From the NCBI RefSeq assembly GCF_003918875.1, contig NW_025767213.1, forward strand, positions 124,001 through 188,000: DNA of 64,000 nucleotides, in the 5' to 3' direction. Both the position numbers and the translations under genes were made by a program. Shown here piece by piece: positions 13,489 to 25,217 of the stretch. Origin of the DNA: Haliotis rubra. Taxonomy: Eukaryota. Below the pieces are notes generated by a model that saw nothing but the letters and a program-made list of their open reading frames with translations, was not told the origin of the DNA and searched no databases. Numbering within the stretch: position 1 is the stretch's first letter; each line of letters opens with the position of its first letter.

Positions 13489-14618
13489 TATATAGTCACT
13501 GAGACAGCTTCGTTTCAACTTAGATGCTGATATTTGTGATGCCTCACGTGCAAGACGTGTAATTAAACATTGCCATATGGCGCCTTATGTTGTGTAATTT
13601 TTAGTACATATATAAATCAACCTTATTAAATTATGTACTGAATGTACTGAATGTACTGAATGCACTGAATTATGTACAGGTAAACATCGATAAAACGCTT
13701 TACATAAACACGTTAATAAAATGAGCAAAATCTTAAAGTGAACTCTGCTGTACGAGATATTTTCATAGGTTATGGAGGGAGTTTTGTCGCATTTATTGTA
13801 CAAGTGCAATAGCTGGAAATTACAAATATACTCGTACAAGCAACAGGTGCGTACTGATGTGGAAATACTTAATGCAGAACATCCCGGCCAGAAATACGTA
13901 CTTACCCTCTACCAAACATTTAACGAGTACAATATATATCAAATCTCATTTGTTAAACCTCCATGACCCCTATTCATCACTGCGTTAAAGTACCCCACTT
14001 GCTATTACCTTGTGGGGTAATGGTTGGCTTTGCGCCCTTTCCTAACACATGGGCCACAAAGCAATATTTTGTGTTACAAAGCACGGGGCAATACGATGAC
14101 CGGCAGTGAATGAGTGTGTATGGAGCAGCGTTGTATATAGTTAGTATGGCGTTGCCCCAAACCACATGAAAATGCAACAAATCGTTCAAAATCAAAATAT
14201 CCCATTTATAATGAAACATAGATATGTAACTATTTGCTATTTGACTTGCTAGAATGTCACAGATGTACAATCTTGACGTAAAACACTGACACTGGGGTTG
14301 TTGTTTTTATAATGTTTTTGTGTTTTTCATTGAATTCTACAACCCACACTCTACAAAACAACTCATCTATGTATCTCGGTTGTAGTGTTACCTCATCAGC
14401 AACATATAAAACTGACACATCCTGTTCACACAACATGGAAAGTGATTTAGTGCGCATAAAAGCCAGCCTCCATGCTCCATTGCCCAATAATCATTTCTCG
14501 CACCTTTCCAACGCAGAGGACGGTATCACCTTTCATGAAGGACCATTTTGTAAATAGTTAATGTAGGTGTAAATAGTTTTTTAACACTGTCTCTCTCTAT
14601 ACATACTAAACATGGGTG

Positions 14619-14969
14619 GACCGCCTCCGTGGTGTAGTGGTTAGAGCGTCCGCCCGGAGAGCGGAAGGTCGCGAGTTCGATCCCCGACCGCGTCATACCA
14701 AAAGACGTTAAAATATGGTACTTGTTGGTCCCTGCCTGGCGTTTGGCATTACTGGGTACAACAAGGACTGGTCGGCTCGGAGTCAGTATAATGTGTCTGA
14801 GTGGGGTATTCATGCTTCACTGCGGCATGGTATCTCAGTGGGCTAGCACTATAAAACCAGCTTCAGTCTGGGCTAGTACAAGCAGCCGCACATACACATA
14901 CACGAGCATGCACGTCGTCATATGAGCGAAATATTCTCAAGCACGACGTTAAACCCAATTTCACCTCAC
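14619..14969 (+). mobile_element. tRNA-derived V-domain SINE (RUDI-like, family C)
   Basis: A-box TGGTGTAGTGG and B-box GTTCGATCC, V-domain-like GTCATACCAAAAGACGTTAAAATATGGTAC, (cacct)n tail, TSD ctaaacatg at 14606 and 14970. Confidence 0.85.
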
Positions 14970-16512
14970 CTAAACATGCGCGATATGAGTCACCCGAGGT
15001 ATTATGAAACACCATCCCATGACTGAGAGAGTTTCTTTTATCTGATTCAGTAGCTATGGAGGAGACTCCCGTCTCTTTTCATTTGGTAAACAGAACGTCC
15101 GGGTATTGTTCCATATTCTGACTTGTACCCTTCGTTTCAGTGTATTTTAAAGCAAATAATTGCCTTGCCCTTGTATGTGGGTATGACGGGTGTTAGAATT
15201 CAGGATTCGCTCACCTGTTCATCTGGTATTATAACTATTTCACCGACTTAAAACCATTTGAGTCAGTAAGTGGGTATTGCTGTAAGCCACTGTTAGCAAT
15301 ATTCCAGCAATATCACGGCGAGGGAACACGAGAAATGGGCTTCACATATTGTACCTATGTGGGGAATCGAACTCGGACATTCAGCGTGACGATTGAACAC
15401 TTTAACTGCTGGGCTACCCCACCGCCCCAGAGGCATCAGTAGGTTTGATTCGTCGTCTAGGCAACATTTCATCAGAGTTTATTTATGTTTTACACCATGC
15501 GTTCTGCGAAATAAATAAACATAACATGGATTAATATTCATTATATTCGTTAAACAAGAAAATAAGTAAATAAATAAATGTAATTCTTCTGAGAAATGTG
15601 CTGGAACTCTGTGTGTGCAGGAAATGTAACTCCAGTTGTCTGTAAGTAAATAACTGGTCGCAGGATTGTACCGATTACATCAGGTGTTGTCTCTGAAGAC
15701 AAACTGTCCAAACGTAGTTGCGCCTTTTCACATTTGTCTTCGTTTGCAATCGTTTACTGAGGTGCAGAATCGGTCGGGTAGCCTAGTGGTTAAAGCGTTC
15801 GCTCATCACGCTGAAGATCCGGTTTCGATTCCCCACATGGGTACAATGTGTGAAGTCCATTTCTGGTGTTCCCCAACGTGATATTGCTGGGATATTGCTA
15901 AAAGCGGCGTGAAACTGAACCCACTCACTCACTATTTGTTTGTGATTCATAGACGCCAGCTTATGATAAAGTCGTGCAAAGTTTCCTGCTTACACCTGAG
16001 ATCTGGAACCAATATGGACATGGTTTTCTTGCTTTTACTGCAATTATTTCATGGAAATGGCCGTCTGTGATATTTACTCTAATATTTTAATGTAAACTGT
16101 TATTTAACTGTAAATACTTGTGTTCAATCTTTAATGTTTTACTGTACTTTGGGAAATAATATATGAACGTTGGGCAAATGTTCAAACTTTGTCACAGCCA
16201 ACCGATTGTCAAAGCAAGTCCATCTATCAAATGCATAATCTGATGGTGATAACAGATGCCATTATTGTTTTACACCTCACATACGCGCGATCCACGCAAC
16301 TGACACTACACGTAACACAACTTCCATGAACACAGACACATGGCGCCAGAGATAAAACTTATCAGGAAGTACCTGGTGCACGCTTGGCACTGTTTTATCG
16401 ATTGCACTCCTCTTCAAAACACGTGCTATCAGCCAATCCATGGATCTGGATATGGTCCTTGATTACATGACAGAAGGGATGAGTGAGTGAGTTGGGTGTA
16501 ACGTCGTGTTAA

Positions 16513-16951
16513 GGTCACACAAACCAAATATTCTTCCATTGACTTCTATAGCAACGCTATATTTTTGTACAAAAATATCTTAGCCACCAACAGTTTTTAC
16601 ATGTACCTGTGTGTATAGTCTGGCCTTAAAGAAGCAATTAAAATATATAAAAATATATATAATGATCACCTCAGCCAGCTGCTTGTCCGTGTACAGGAAG
16701 CTAAACAGACCAACAACAGTTCCGCACAAAATGTCCACAGCTTGAAAATACCTGTTGTCACATTCAGCGTAAGTCATTGTGTTAAAAAAGACAGCATTAA
16801 ATATGAAAAATAGGGTCAGTTATAAAAAATCTGGATAAATGTACAGTTTAGAAACAAATTCACCCAATCGCAACTAGCAGATGATTCAGTTTGCACTATC
16901 CAGCCACAAGTGCTTGTTAAAGTAGCGATTCTGACTTGGTGTAGTGTAACC
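16513..16951. mobile_element. TTAA-flanked non-autonomous DNA transposon (Kolobok-like termini)
   Basis: TTAA|GGTCACACAAACCAA ... TTGGTGTAGTGTAACC|TTAA, interrupting a SINE tail. Confidence 0.6.
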
Positions 16952-17628
16952 TTAACAGTATTCCAGCCTCAAGTGATTCAGGTTGCTGGTAGAACAGCCA
17001 GGTGTGCGAGTTTCACGTGTGAAATAGAATTTTTTTTATACGGATGTCCAAAGTTATGAGACAAATCGTCAGTGTTGATTTGTCGATTTCATGCGACTGT
17101 GCAAAATTGGATTTTGTTAGATTATTAGATTTGTGTTAGTGAGCAATTCATCTGTCTCAAATTAAATTAAACGGACTGTAAATATCTACTGGTTATTACA
17201 TTGTACGATTCTGGGTATAGTATAGCCATGTGTTCATTATTCACTATCAAATACTGACAATGTATGGCGTCCGTAACACGGTGAGCGTATAGTGTCCAAA
17301 CGATGGCAAGGGTCACAAACACATGTAAAGCCAGATCAACGTTTCACCTGAAAAAGAGCATGGACATATGGTACCCAAAAATAGGGAATGTTTCTGCATC
17401 GTCTCAAAAGTGAAATGGTCGAGTTGAGTTGGCGTTTAACGTCACTGTACAAGAAATAAGCTATATTGGAAAACAGTTAATTGGAAGAAGAAAGATAGAA
17501 GCCACAAAATCCTTTCCACATCCATTAGAAATCTCAGCTAAAGATATCATGAGTAAACAAATTGAGTCTTGACCTAAGTCCAGTTAAGTGGTTATCGACA
17601 AATATATTGTGCTACCATCCCAAACATA

Positions 17629-17787
17629 TACTGAGAGAACCAAATAAAGGATCACAGAAAAGTTCAAGTGTTAAAATTTTCCAGTTTTGATCGCCAGTTT
17701 TGAATAGCGCTGTGGGAGAAAATGTGAGAAACAAATAAAGGAACACTGCCATGTAGTGGCGTTCCCTTATTTGTTTCTCTCAGTATA
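17629..17787. mobile_element. Small Tc1-type MITE
   Basis: TACTGAGAGAACCAAATAAAGGA / CCCTTATTTGTTTCTCTCAGTA inverted termini in TA context. Confidence 0.7.
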
Positions 17788-18731
17788 TTATATCGGGGAA
17801 CATTTTAATTAGAAATAATCAATACTGGCATGGGACAACCTACCTCAGTAAATGCATGGTAAATTAACGTTGGTTCCGGGAAGGTTGTAACGTAGCACCA
17901 TGCTTTTACCAAATACACGTATTATATACAAGCTCAAAATGTCCATTTTGATGTGTGCAACGGTGTGACTATTTCATAGGCGGATCATGAGTTTTAGTTC
18001 GCTTCCCTATTAAATTTCAGCGTTTACTCTAATTCAACCCTGAAAACGCCTTAGTAACTGTGTATACACGGTGACACCTCGAATTCATTTGGACGAATTT
18101 CAATTCGCGGACACCTCTTGTCATCATTCATTTTCAGCGATCTGTATACTTTCACTGCTTAGTTGCCCTTTACGCCCAATGGAATTTGTTTCGTTGGATT
18201 AGAGGGACTGCACATTCTTTGGCGTTAACATTTTATCATGAATATGGTGTATCTCATTGTCTAAATTGTAGTCGACACTGATTCTGGCACAGTGTGGGGT
18301 GTTGGGGTAGCCTAGTGGTTAAAGTGTTTGCTCGTCACGCTGAAGACCCGGGTTCGATTCACCTTATGGGTACAATGTGTGAAACTCATTTCTTGTGTCC
18401 CTCACCGTGATATTGCTGGAATATTGCTAAAAGCAGCGTAAAACTGAACTCACTCATTCACTGTGGTACTCGGGTATGTCGGATTTTTGTTCGGGTATGT
18501 CGGATTTTGTGTAAAAGCCCAAAGACTACGAGGATTTGAGACTGTTCAATGTTTCCTGATGGGGATGCAGAACAGCCATTATCATCAGTCGAAGTGGCGC
18601 ACCTGTTGTGGCCTCCAATGTGGCTTCGTACAGCTTGTGTTACGGAAGGAGGGTTCATGTTCTGTGCGATTGTGTCCTGATCACACCACAAGATCTTTTA
18701 TCTGTACTTGTCAAAAATGCCACTGTTTTAC

Positions 18732-18783
18732 TATAAATACAGCGACAAGTTCTGGTCGATCACAAAACCCTTTGACAAGAGAG
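18732..18783 (+). promoter_or_regulatory. TATA box and short non-coding exon 1 of gene B
   Basis: TATAAATA at 18732-18739 and donor gag|gtaaac at 18784. The matching acceptor tttag|G ATG lies at 19291-19296. Confidence 0.6.
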
Positions 18784-19293
18784 GTAAACTGTGTCTTTCA
18801 TTTACTCTTTCCACCATCTTCTGTGGGGCAAGCGTTTCATTCAAATATCCATGTTGTAATTGTATATTTCAGCTCGGCTTCAGTTCATGCCTCTTAGTAT
18901 ATCATGATAAATGATGTGTCTTTTTTGTAGTTTTATCAGTGTCTGAGGGTTTGCCTTGCGACAAGTTTAGCTATACCACAGCAACATGTAATTAATCTCT
19001 TACAGTAAACTGTATGCATCGGTATACAAAGATTCAATTCATATTTTCCTGGTATTTTGGATGAAGATAGCTCAATATATCATGATAAATTACGTATATT
19101 TCAGCTCGGCTTCAGTTCATGCCTCTTAGTATATCATGATAAATGATGTGTCCTTTTTGAATTTTCATCAGTGTCTGAGGTTTCGCCTTACGACACTTTT
19201 AGCTATACCACAGCAATACTGTAATTAAGCTCTTCCAGTAAGCTATGTGCATAGGCATGCAAAGATTCATTTTATATTCTCCTGGTATTTAGG

Positions 19294-21551
19294 ATGAAGA
19301 TAGCTCTGGTGTTTCTCCTGCTGGTGGTTGTCTTCGTAATCCAGGACACAGATTCCTGGAGAAGAAGGAGAAGAAGAAGGTGGTTCAGAGCTCCAAGAAT
19401 ACGCATCAGGAAGATATTCCGACCCGTCACTAAAGTCATAAAGAAGATAAGGCCGGTGTTGAAGAAAATTATCAAACCCATCGTCCAAGGAGTCAAGGCA
19501 GTTGTCAAACCCATTTTGAAACCATTACAGGCAAAGGTGTGTGCCCCGCTCCAGTGCCTAACTGGCCGAGACCTAACTTGGCAGACGGAGCCTGACAATT
19601 CTGTGGAAGAAAGAGGCACTGGAAAAGATCTGGAAGAACAGTCTGACAAGATGATGACAAAGAAGAGCGCAAGAGATGGAGGACTGGTTGGAGATGTACG
19701 ACAAGGAGGGTCGAGTCTTGGAGGGTCTGAATGAGCTGGTGAATACCAAGCGGGACGTGAGGGAACTTCACCAAGTCCTGCAGGATCCTGTCAGGTCCAA
19801 GAGGTTGTTGAAGTACGTGGGCAAGGCGCTGTGTGGAAAGACCGGCGGTAGCCAGGATGGAAGTGAAGATGGCCAGGGTCCGGAAGAGGACGTTGATCAA
19901 GTTGTCACTGTCCCTTACACTGTCATTGAGTACGTGACAGCAGCTCCTGCCGGTGAGTGATTATGTAAATCGCGGCCAAAAGGGTAAAGAACATTATAGA
20001 GCGTTATACATATGGTATCAATATTGATTTTGTCGATGACAAGTGTTCTCCATTCAAAGTTTAACCAACCAAACAAAGATAACGGCTGTGCAGTGTTTTC
20101 TACTTTCGATTTACATCTTAGACGTCATATGATATAAGGTCATCCGTAATGTGTTACTCATTTGAAACCTCAGCAAGGAAGAGAGCGGGTTGGCGTAACA
20201 AATCATATAATATAAAAAATGTTTTAAACTATTCTTCACTAATTGTGTAACTATTTTGTGAGATTTTAAAATGCGGGTTGGCGTCACAAATCAAATGATA
20301 TAAAAAATGTTTTAAACTATTCTTCACTAATTGTGTAACTATTTTGTGAGATTTTAAAATGTAGATCACGGCTACATGCAATGTTTTCGATTCACATCTA
20401 AAACATCATATTGATATTAGGTAATATATAATGTTGTATGTGATGCCCATGTAAGAAACAAAGACATGACAAGAGCGGACGTGCGTAAACAATAAATTAG
20501 TATATAGAATATTACAAAAACTATTCTTCACTAATTGTATAACTTCTTTCAGATTTTAAAATGTGGATCACGGCTACATGCAATTTTTCTACTTTCGATT
20601 CACATCTAAAACGTCATACTGATATAGGGCATCTGTGATGTTGTATGCAGTACTCATTTATTAACTTAGCCAGGAAGAGAGCGGGCGGTCGTAAAATGAA
20701 TCATTGTGAAAATATTTTAACAATTATTCTTCACCAATTGTGTTTTAACATATTCTATGAGATTTAAAACTTTAATCACTGGTTATAATTTTAAACTAAT
20801 TTTTCATGAAGATCGAGTCATGTTGGTTCAGAAACATTTTTAATTACAGTTAAAAAAAATATAAATCAAACTGACCTGGGATTTTTATGAGTGTGCGAGA
20901 GTAAGAGTTTTTCTATTACATCAGGGCACAGATTTCGTTAGACGGTTAAAATAGAGATAAGAAATTTATTTTACAATTTCACGTCGGGGTGAAAATACAG
21001 GGCCGCCATGCGGGAGATGGGAAACACATTCGAGAATATGTATATCCACGATAAACACATTTATATGCAAATTGTAGTGGCAGGTGCTACCGGTAGAGCA
21101 GGACAACCTTTCCGTGAACAACACATATTTTCAGTGACGCTTTAATATAGTTTCAACTACTTCGAACGTCATGTAGAATCGATTTCAGCAGATATTGAGA
21201 GTGATTTTCTATCTGACTGTGACGCAAGCCATAGTGCCTAATCCACATTTTTGTAATCTCTGCCAGGCTTCTGTAATACACAACCTTTAAACAAGCAAAT
21301 CTAGTTTTCTTAGGTTCAGTTTCTCAGTTTCCAAGGCCTATGAGATAGTTGGGGGTTTTTTTCAGTTTAAATGGAGTTATTTGGTACTATCAGAATTTTA
21401 TAGTTTAGATAACATAGCGTTAGTCTATGTAAGCGAGTAATCGTTAGTTAACTATACTTACATTATAAATGTATTTTATAACTGTGAGTTAAACCATCCT
21501 TCCGAAACTGAAGATATAAAATTTAATTTTGGATACTTTTTTTCAGGGTAG
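19294..21551 (+). CDS. Gene B: secreted multi-peptide cationic (antimicrobial-like) precursor, about 220 aa after correcting a +1 frameshift near 19663; exons 19294-19952 and 21547-21551
   Basis: Signal peptide MKIALVFLLLVVVFVIQDTDS, then a 69-aa peptide (13 R, 11 K, no D/E) followed by GR-DL. ORFs 19294..19734 and 19676..19960 join if one A at 19663/19664 is removed, giving MMTKR-AQEMEDWLE. Donor GCCG|gtgagt at 19953, acceptor ttttttcag|GG TAG at 21546, AATAAA at 21605-21610. Confidence 0.8.
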
Positions 21552-22067
21552 ACCTCGAGAAGACTCCGTATAACCCACTCATCTGTACTGAGTATGATTG
21601 TCTCAATAAAAACAAGCAATGCATAAAAACGTGTTTCTTATTTCGTACAGTACAAAATGCTACTGACATAGTTCAAATGCCGAATGTCATTATATCCTAC
21701 AAGATCGATGCTCATGCTGTTCATCACTGGATTGTCTGGTCCAGATTAGATTATTTTACAGGCAGCCGCCATATAGCTGGAATATTGCTGAGTGCGGCGT
21801 TAAAAACAAACAACAAACAACATATGCTTGTCGTATGAGGCGACTAACGGGATAAGCTGACCAGGCTCGCTCAGTTGGTTCATGCATGCCATCGTGTCCC
21901 CAGAGTACAGACCAATGCTCATGAGACCAATCACTGGATATTCTGGTTCAGACTGTTATTTGCAGACCGTCTTTATAGAGCTGGAGTATTGCTGAGTGCC
22001 GCTTAAAACAGCAAAGAAACAAACAATTGTAAATGATGTAATCAATTCACCAGACAACCAGGAAGTT

Positions 22068-22310
22068 GACTGTAATTACAGCCAGGGCTAGCACCACTAC
22101 TCTTATAGTGTAACTCCTACAGAGAGTTATGGTTATTTGTTTGATGTTTACCGACGCCCCACCACTATTCTGGAGATAGGCGGACTGTAATTACAGCCAG
22201 GACTAGCACGCCCCACTATTCTTATAGTGTAACTCCTACAGAGAGTTATGGTTATTTGTTTGATGTTTACCGACGCCCCACCACTATTCTGGAGATAGGC
22301 GGACTGTAAA
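22068..22310. repeat. Tandem duplication of about 118 bp
   Basis: gactgtaattacagccagg...ggagataggcg present twice. Confidence 0.9.
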
Positions 22311-22972
22311 ATCCAGTGGTTGATATTATGACCAAAGTTTCTACAGTGAGAGCGACGTTTCGGTGATGTTCACTTGCTCAATGAAGGTGTTAGAACCTAC
22401 ACAGAAACATCGCTCTGCTGGAATATTGCTAAAAGCGGCGTAATAAAGAAGTTGGTCTTCCATATATTGTTATCCTTCCTAACTCACCCAGCTTCTAAAT
22501 GCCTTTCAAAGAGGTTAAAGTTTCCCTTGTCTGAAAAAGAGACAAAATCCACGGTTTGAACGAGTGAGTGCGTGAGTAAGGTTTTACGCCGCTTTTAACA
22601 ATTTCCCAGCAATATCACGGAGAAACCAGAACTGTTGTCTCCACAGATTTTCAAGCCCGATTTAGGTGAGTGTATGTCATCGTGCCCCCATGGCTTTTCT
22701 TAACGTGTCAGATACTGGACTGTCGGTGCACACTTGAGTTTATTGACCTCTTATATTGTTGAGTGTGACGTTAATCAACACACAGACGGTCGGGAATCAT
22801 CGTATGACGATTATTAACAAACAACTAACCACATCAAGAAAACGGAGGTACGTAACCTATCCAAACATCTAAACGCATTCCTTCCTTATGGAAGAAACAC
22901 TGAACTAGCTTATGCCAACACAAACGTACATCCTGACAACTTGTACATCTCAGAGAGACAGGTGCGATATTA

Positions 22973-23384
22973 TGCTTCCTTTCAAAAGTTTAGACTCACT
23001 TAAAACACTCACTATAAACTGAATAATTATATATATATATATATGGTTACATTTCTGATTTCTCCACTAACTTGAGGAAACAACTACAAACCCTATGCAG
23101 ATCAAAATTGCTGAAAAGCATTAATTTTGCAAATATCGTGTGAATAGGTGCGTTTTTGTGTAAAGTTTTGTTAAGAATTCGACAATTTTCACTGATCTTT
23201 ATCATTTATTGAACTCATGACAATAATCTTTTCAACATTACGAATTTGTTTACAATACATCAGTTCATGTGTAAACAGTACCTTTAAACAGTATGGAAAA
23301 TTAGCAAAATTTAGTATTCAACAGTTGCCTGAAGTAAGTGGTTATATTTACACTAGTGAGCCTAAACTTTTAAAAGGAAGACTA
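22973..23384. mobile_element. Second copy of the 54098-54522 MITE
   Basis: TIR core AAAAGTTTAGACTCACT and a collinear internal sequence. Confidence 0.85.
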
Positions 23385-23832
23385 CATCAGTAACACTAGA
23401 CTGTCTCAAAATCCCTGAACCACAATATTTTCCCAAATGCCTATGCCTTCCTGCAATGCTAAAGCCCATAAATGAAGCAAGTCTAGATTTCCTCAGGTTC
23501 AGAATTTTCACTGGGGTTCCTTTTCAGTTAAATGGGTTCATTTGTTACTATCAAAATTGTATTTATTCAGAGACTAAGCGTTAGTCTGAATTCCCCATCT
23601 CACTTGGGTTCCTTTTCAATTAAATGGGTTTATTTGTTACTGTGAACATTATATTTATTCAGAGACTAAGGTACCCACGTGTACCTGCCCATGAAGTACA
23701 TGTACCGTGTCAGCACCAGCGACAGGTTTATCACCCCACACTATGCAAGAAACTTTTAGCTTCAAATGTTCATTGGAAAAGATCACTTTAGATATTCGCT
23801 TACCTAAATACAGGCTAACACATTGAGATAAT

Positions 23833-24061
23833 TATGGAATCCTGGAAGGGACATTGTCGCGTTGTCGCCCTCTCAAATACAAGCAAAATGAGGCAAAATT
23901 AACCAAAACGCGACACGCGACACGCGACATCGCGACAATGCGACAAATGGGCGAAATGTCGCGTTGTCGCGATTTCGCGTTTTTATATTTGCCCTCACTT
24001 TACTTGTTTTTGAGAGGGCGACAATGCGACAACGCGACAATGTCCCTTCTCAGATTCCATA
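23833..24061. mobile_element. Fold-back MITE with 6-bp TSD
   Basis: Almost fully palindromic, with internal cgcgaca repeats; TSD gataat at 23827 and 24062. Confidence 0.85.
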
Positions 24062-24371
24062 GATAATAGTATACAATTTATCAGTAATTATTGAGGAATG
24101 TAAAGTTTAAACTGTAACCATGGCGAAGAGGGAACAGAAACCGAGATAAACTGTTTTATCTGTCTTCCATACAGAACACTAGGAAACAACACGTGTCAAC
24201 ATCGTTGGGTGTTCCTATAGTTTCCAAGAACCTATCGGCAGCGGACGTAAAATGTCACCCCCTGGCGTCATGCATGCGAAAAAGAGTTACTTTGTTTTTC
24301 ATTAACGCCAAGTATTGATTTGTGTGGACGGTGTCACAGAACAGCTGTCTAAACTAGGAAGTATATGCTAC

Positions 24372-24674
24372 AGTGGTAGTAGTAGTAGTAGTAGTAGTGG
24401 TAGTGGTAGTGGTAGTGGTAGTGGTAGTGGAAGTAGTGTGTGTGTGTGAGTTTAGTTTTACGCCGCACTCAGCTATATGGCGGTGGTCTGTAAACAATCG
24501 AGTCGAGACCAGACAATCCAATGATCAACAGCATGAGCATCGATCTGCGCAATTGGGAACCGATGACATGTGTCAACCAAGTCAGCGAGCCTGACCACCC
24601 GATACAGTTATGAGCCTCTTACGACAAGCATGGGTTACTGAAGATCAATATTCTAACCCGGACCTTCACGGGTC

Positions 24675-24747
<73 letters not shown>
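24372..24747. repeat. (GTA)n/(GTAGTG)n microsatellite split by a family B element
   Basis: Trinucleotide runs at 24372-24437 and 24676-24747. Confidence 0.9.
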
Positions 24748-25217
24748 ATGAATTGAGGAATGAGTTAGTGGACAGGCGACCGTCTTTGTATTTCTTACAC
24801 TCAGTGACGTCGGCTTATATTAAGTCAAGGATTATATCGAACCATTATTTAGCAAGAAGAGGTGATACACAATTGTATGAAGAGTAGTTGCTTCTGATAA
24901 GACTTGCAAAATCAAATCAGGGAATTTACCTCAGAAGTGCATCATAGACATAAGGTGTATTTATTATTACACTTTTAAGGATGACCTCAGGTCATTCACG
25001 AGAATCACCTGCTCACGTGACCTGTCAGAGTTTAATGATAGTTATGTTATGATAGATATGATATTAATATTGACTGTTTCTTATAAGTTCTTAAGTTTTT
25101 TAAAGTTTCTATTAGGAAACAGGTAGACATTCAGATGTGTTAATATGACCAAATTGATTTGAAGACAATTGAGAAGAAAAACATAAGGGCTGTAAACACT
25201 GCCATACACTGTATATT

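Noticed and set aside
14619-14695. tRNA gene (also 58675-58750 and family A heads)
   Set aside because: These are SINE heads: they continue into a shared body and tail with TSDs and have imperfect acceptor stems.
19650-19730. Third-frame reading DDDKEERKR-WRTGWRCTTRRVESWRV* as an extra peptide
   Set aside because: Needs a different frameshift and stops early; the +1 frame gives a longer ORF reaching the splice donor.
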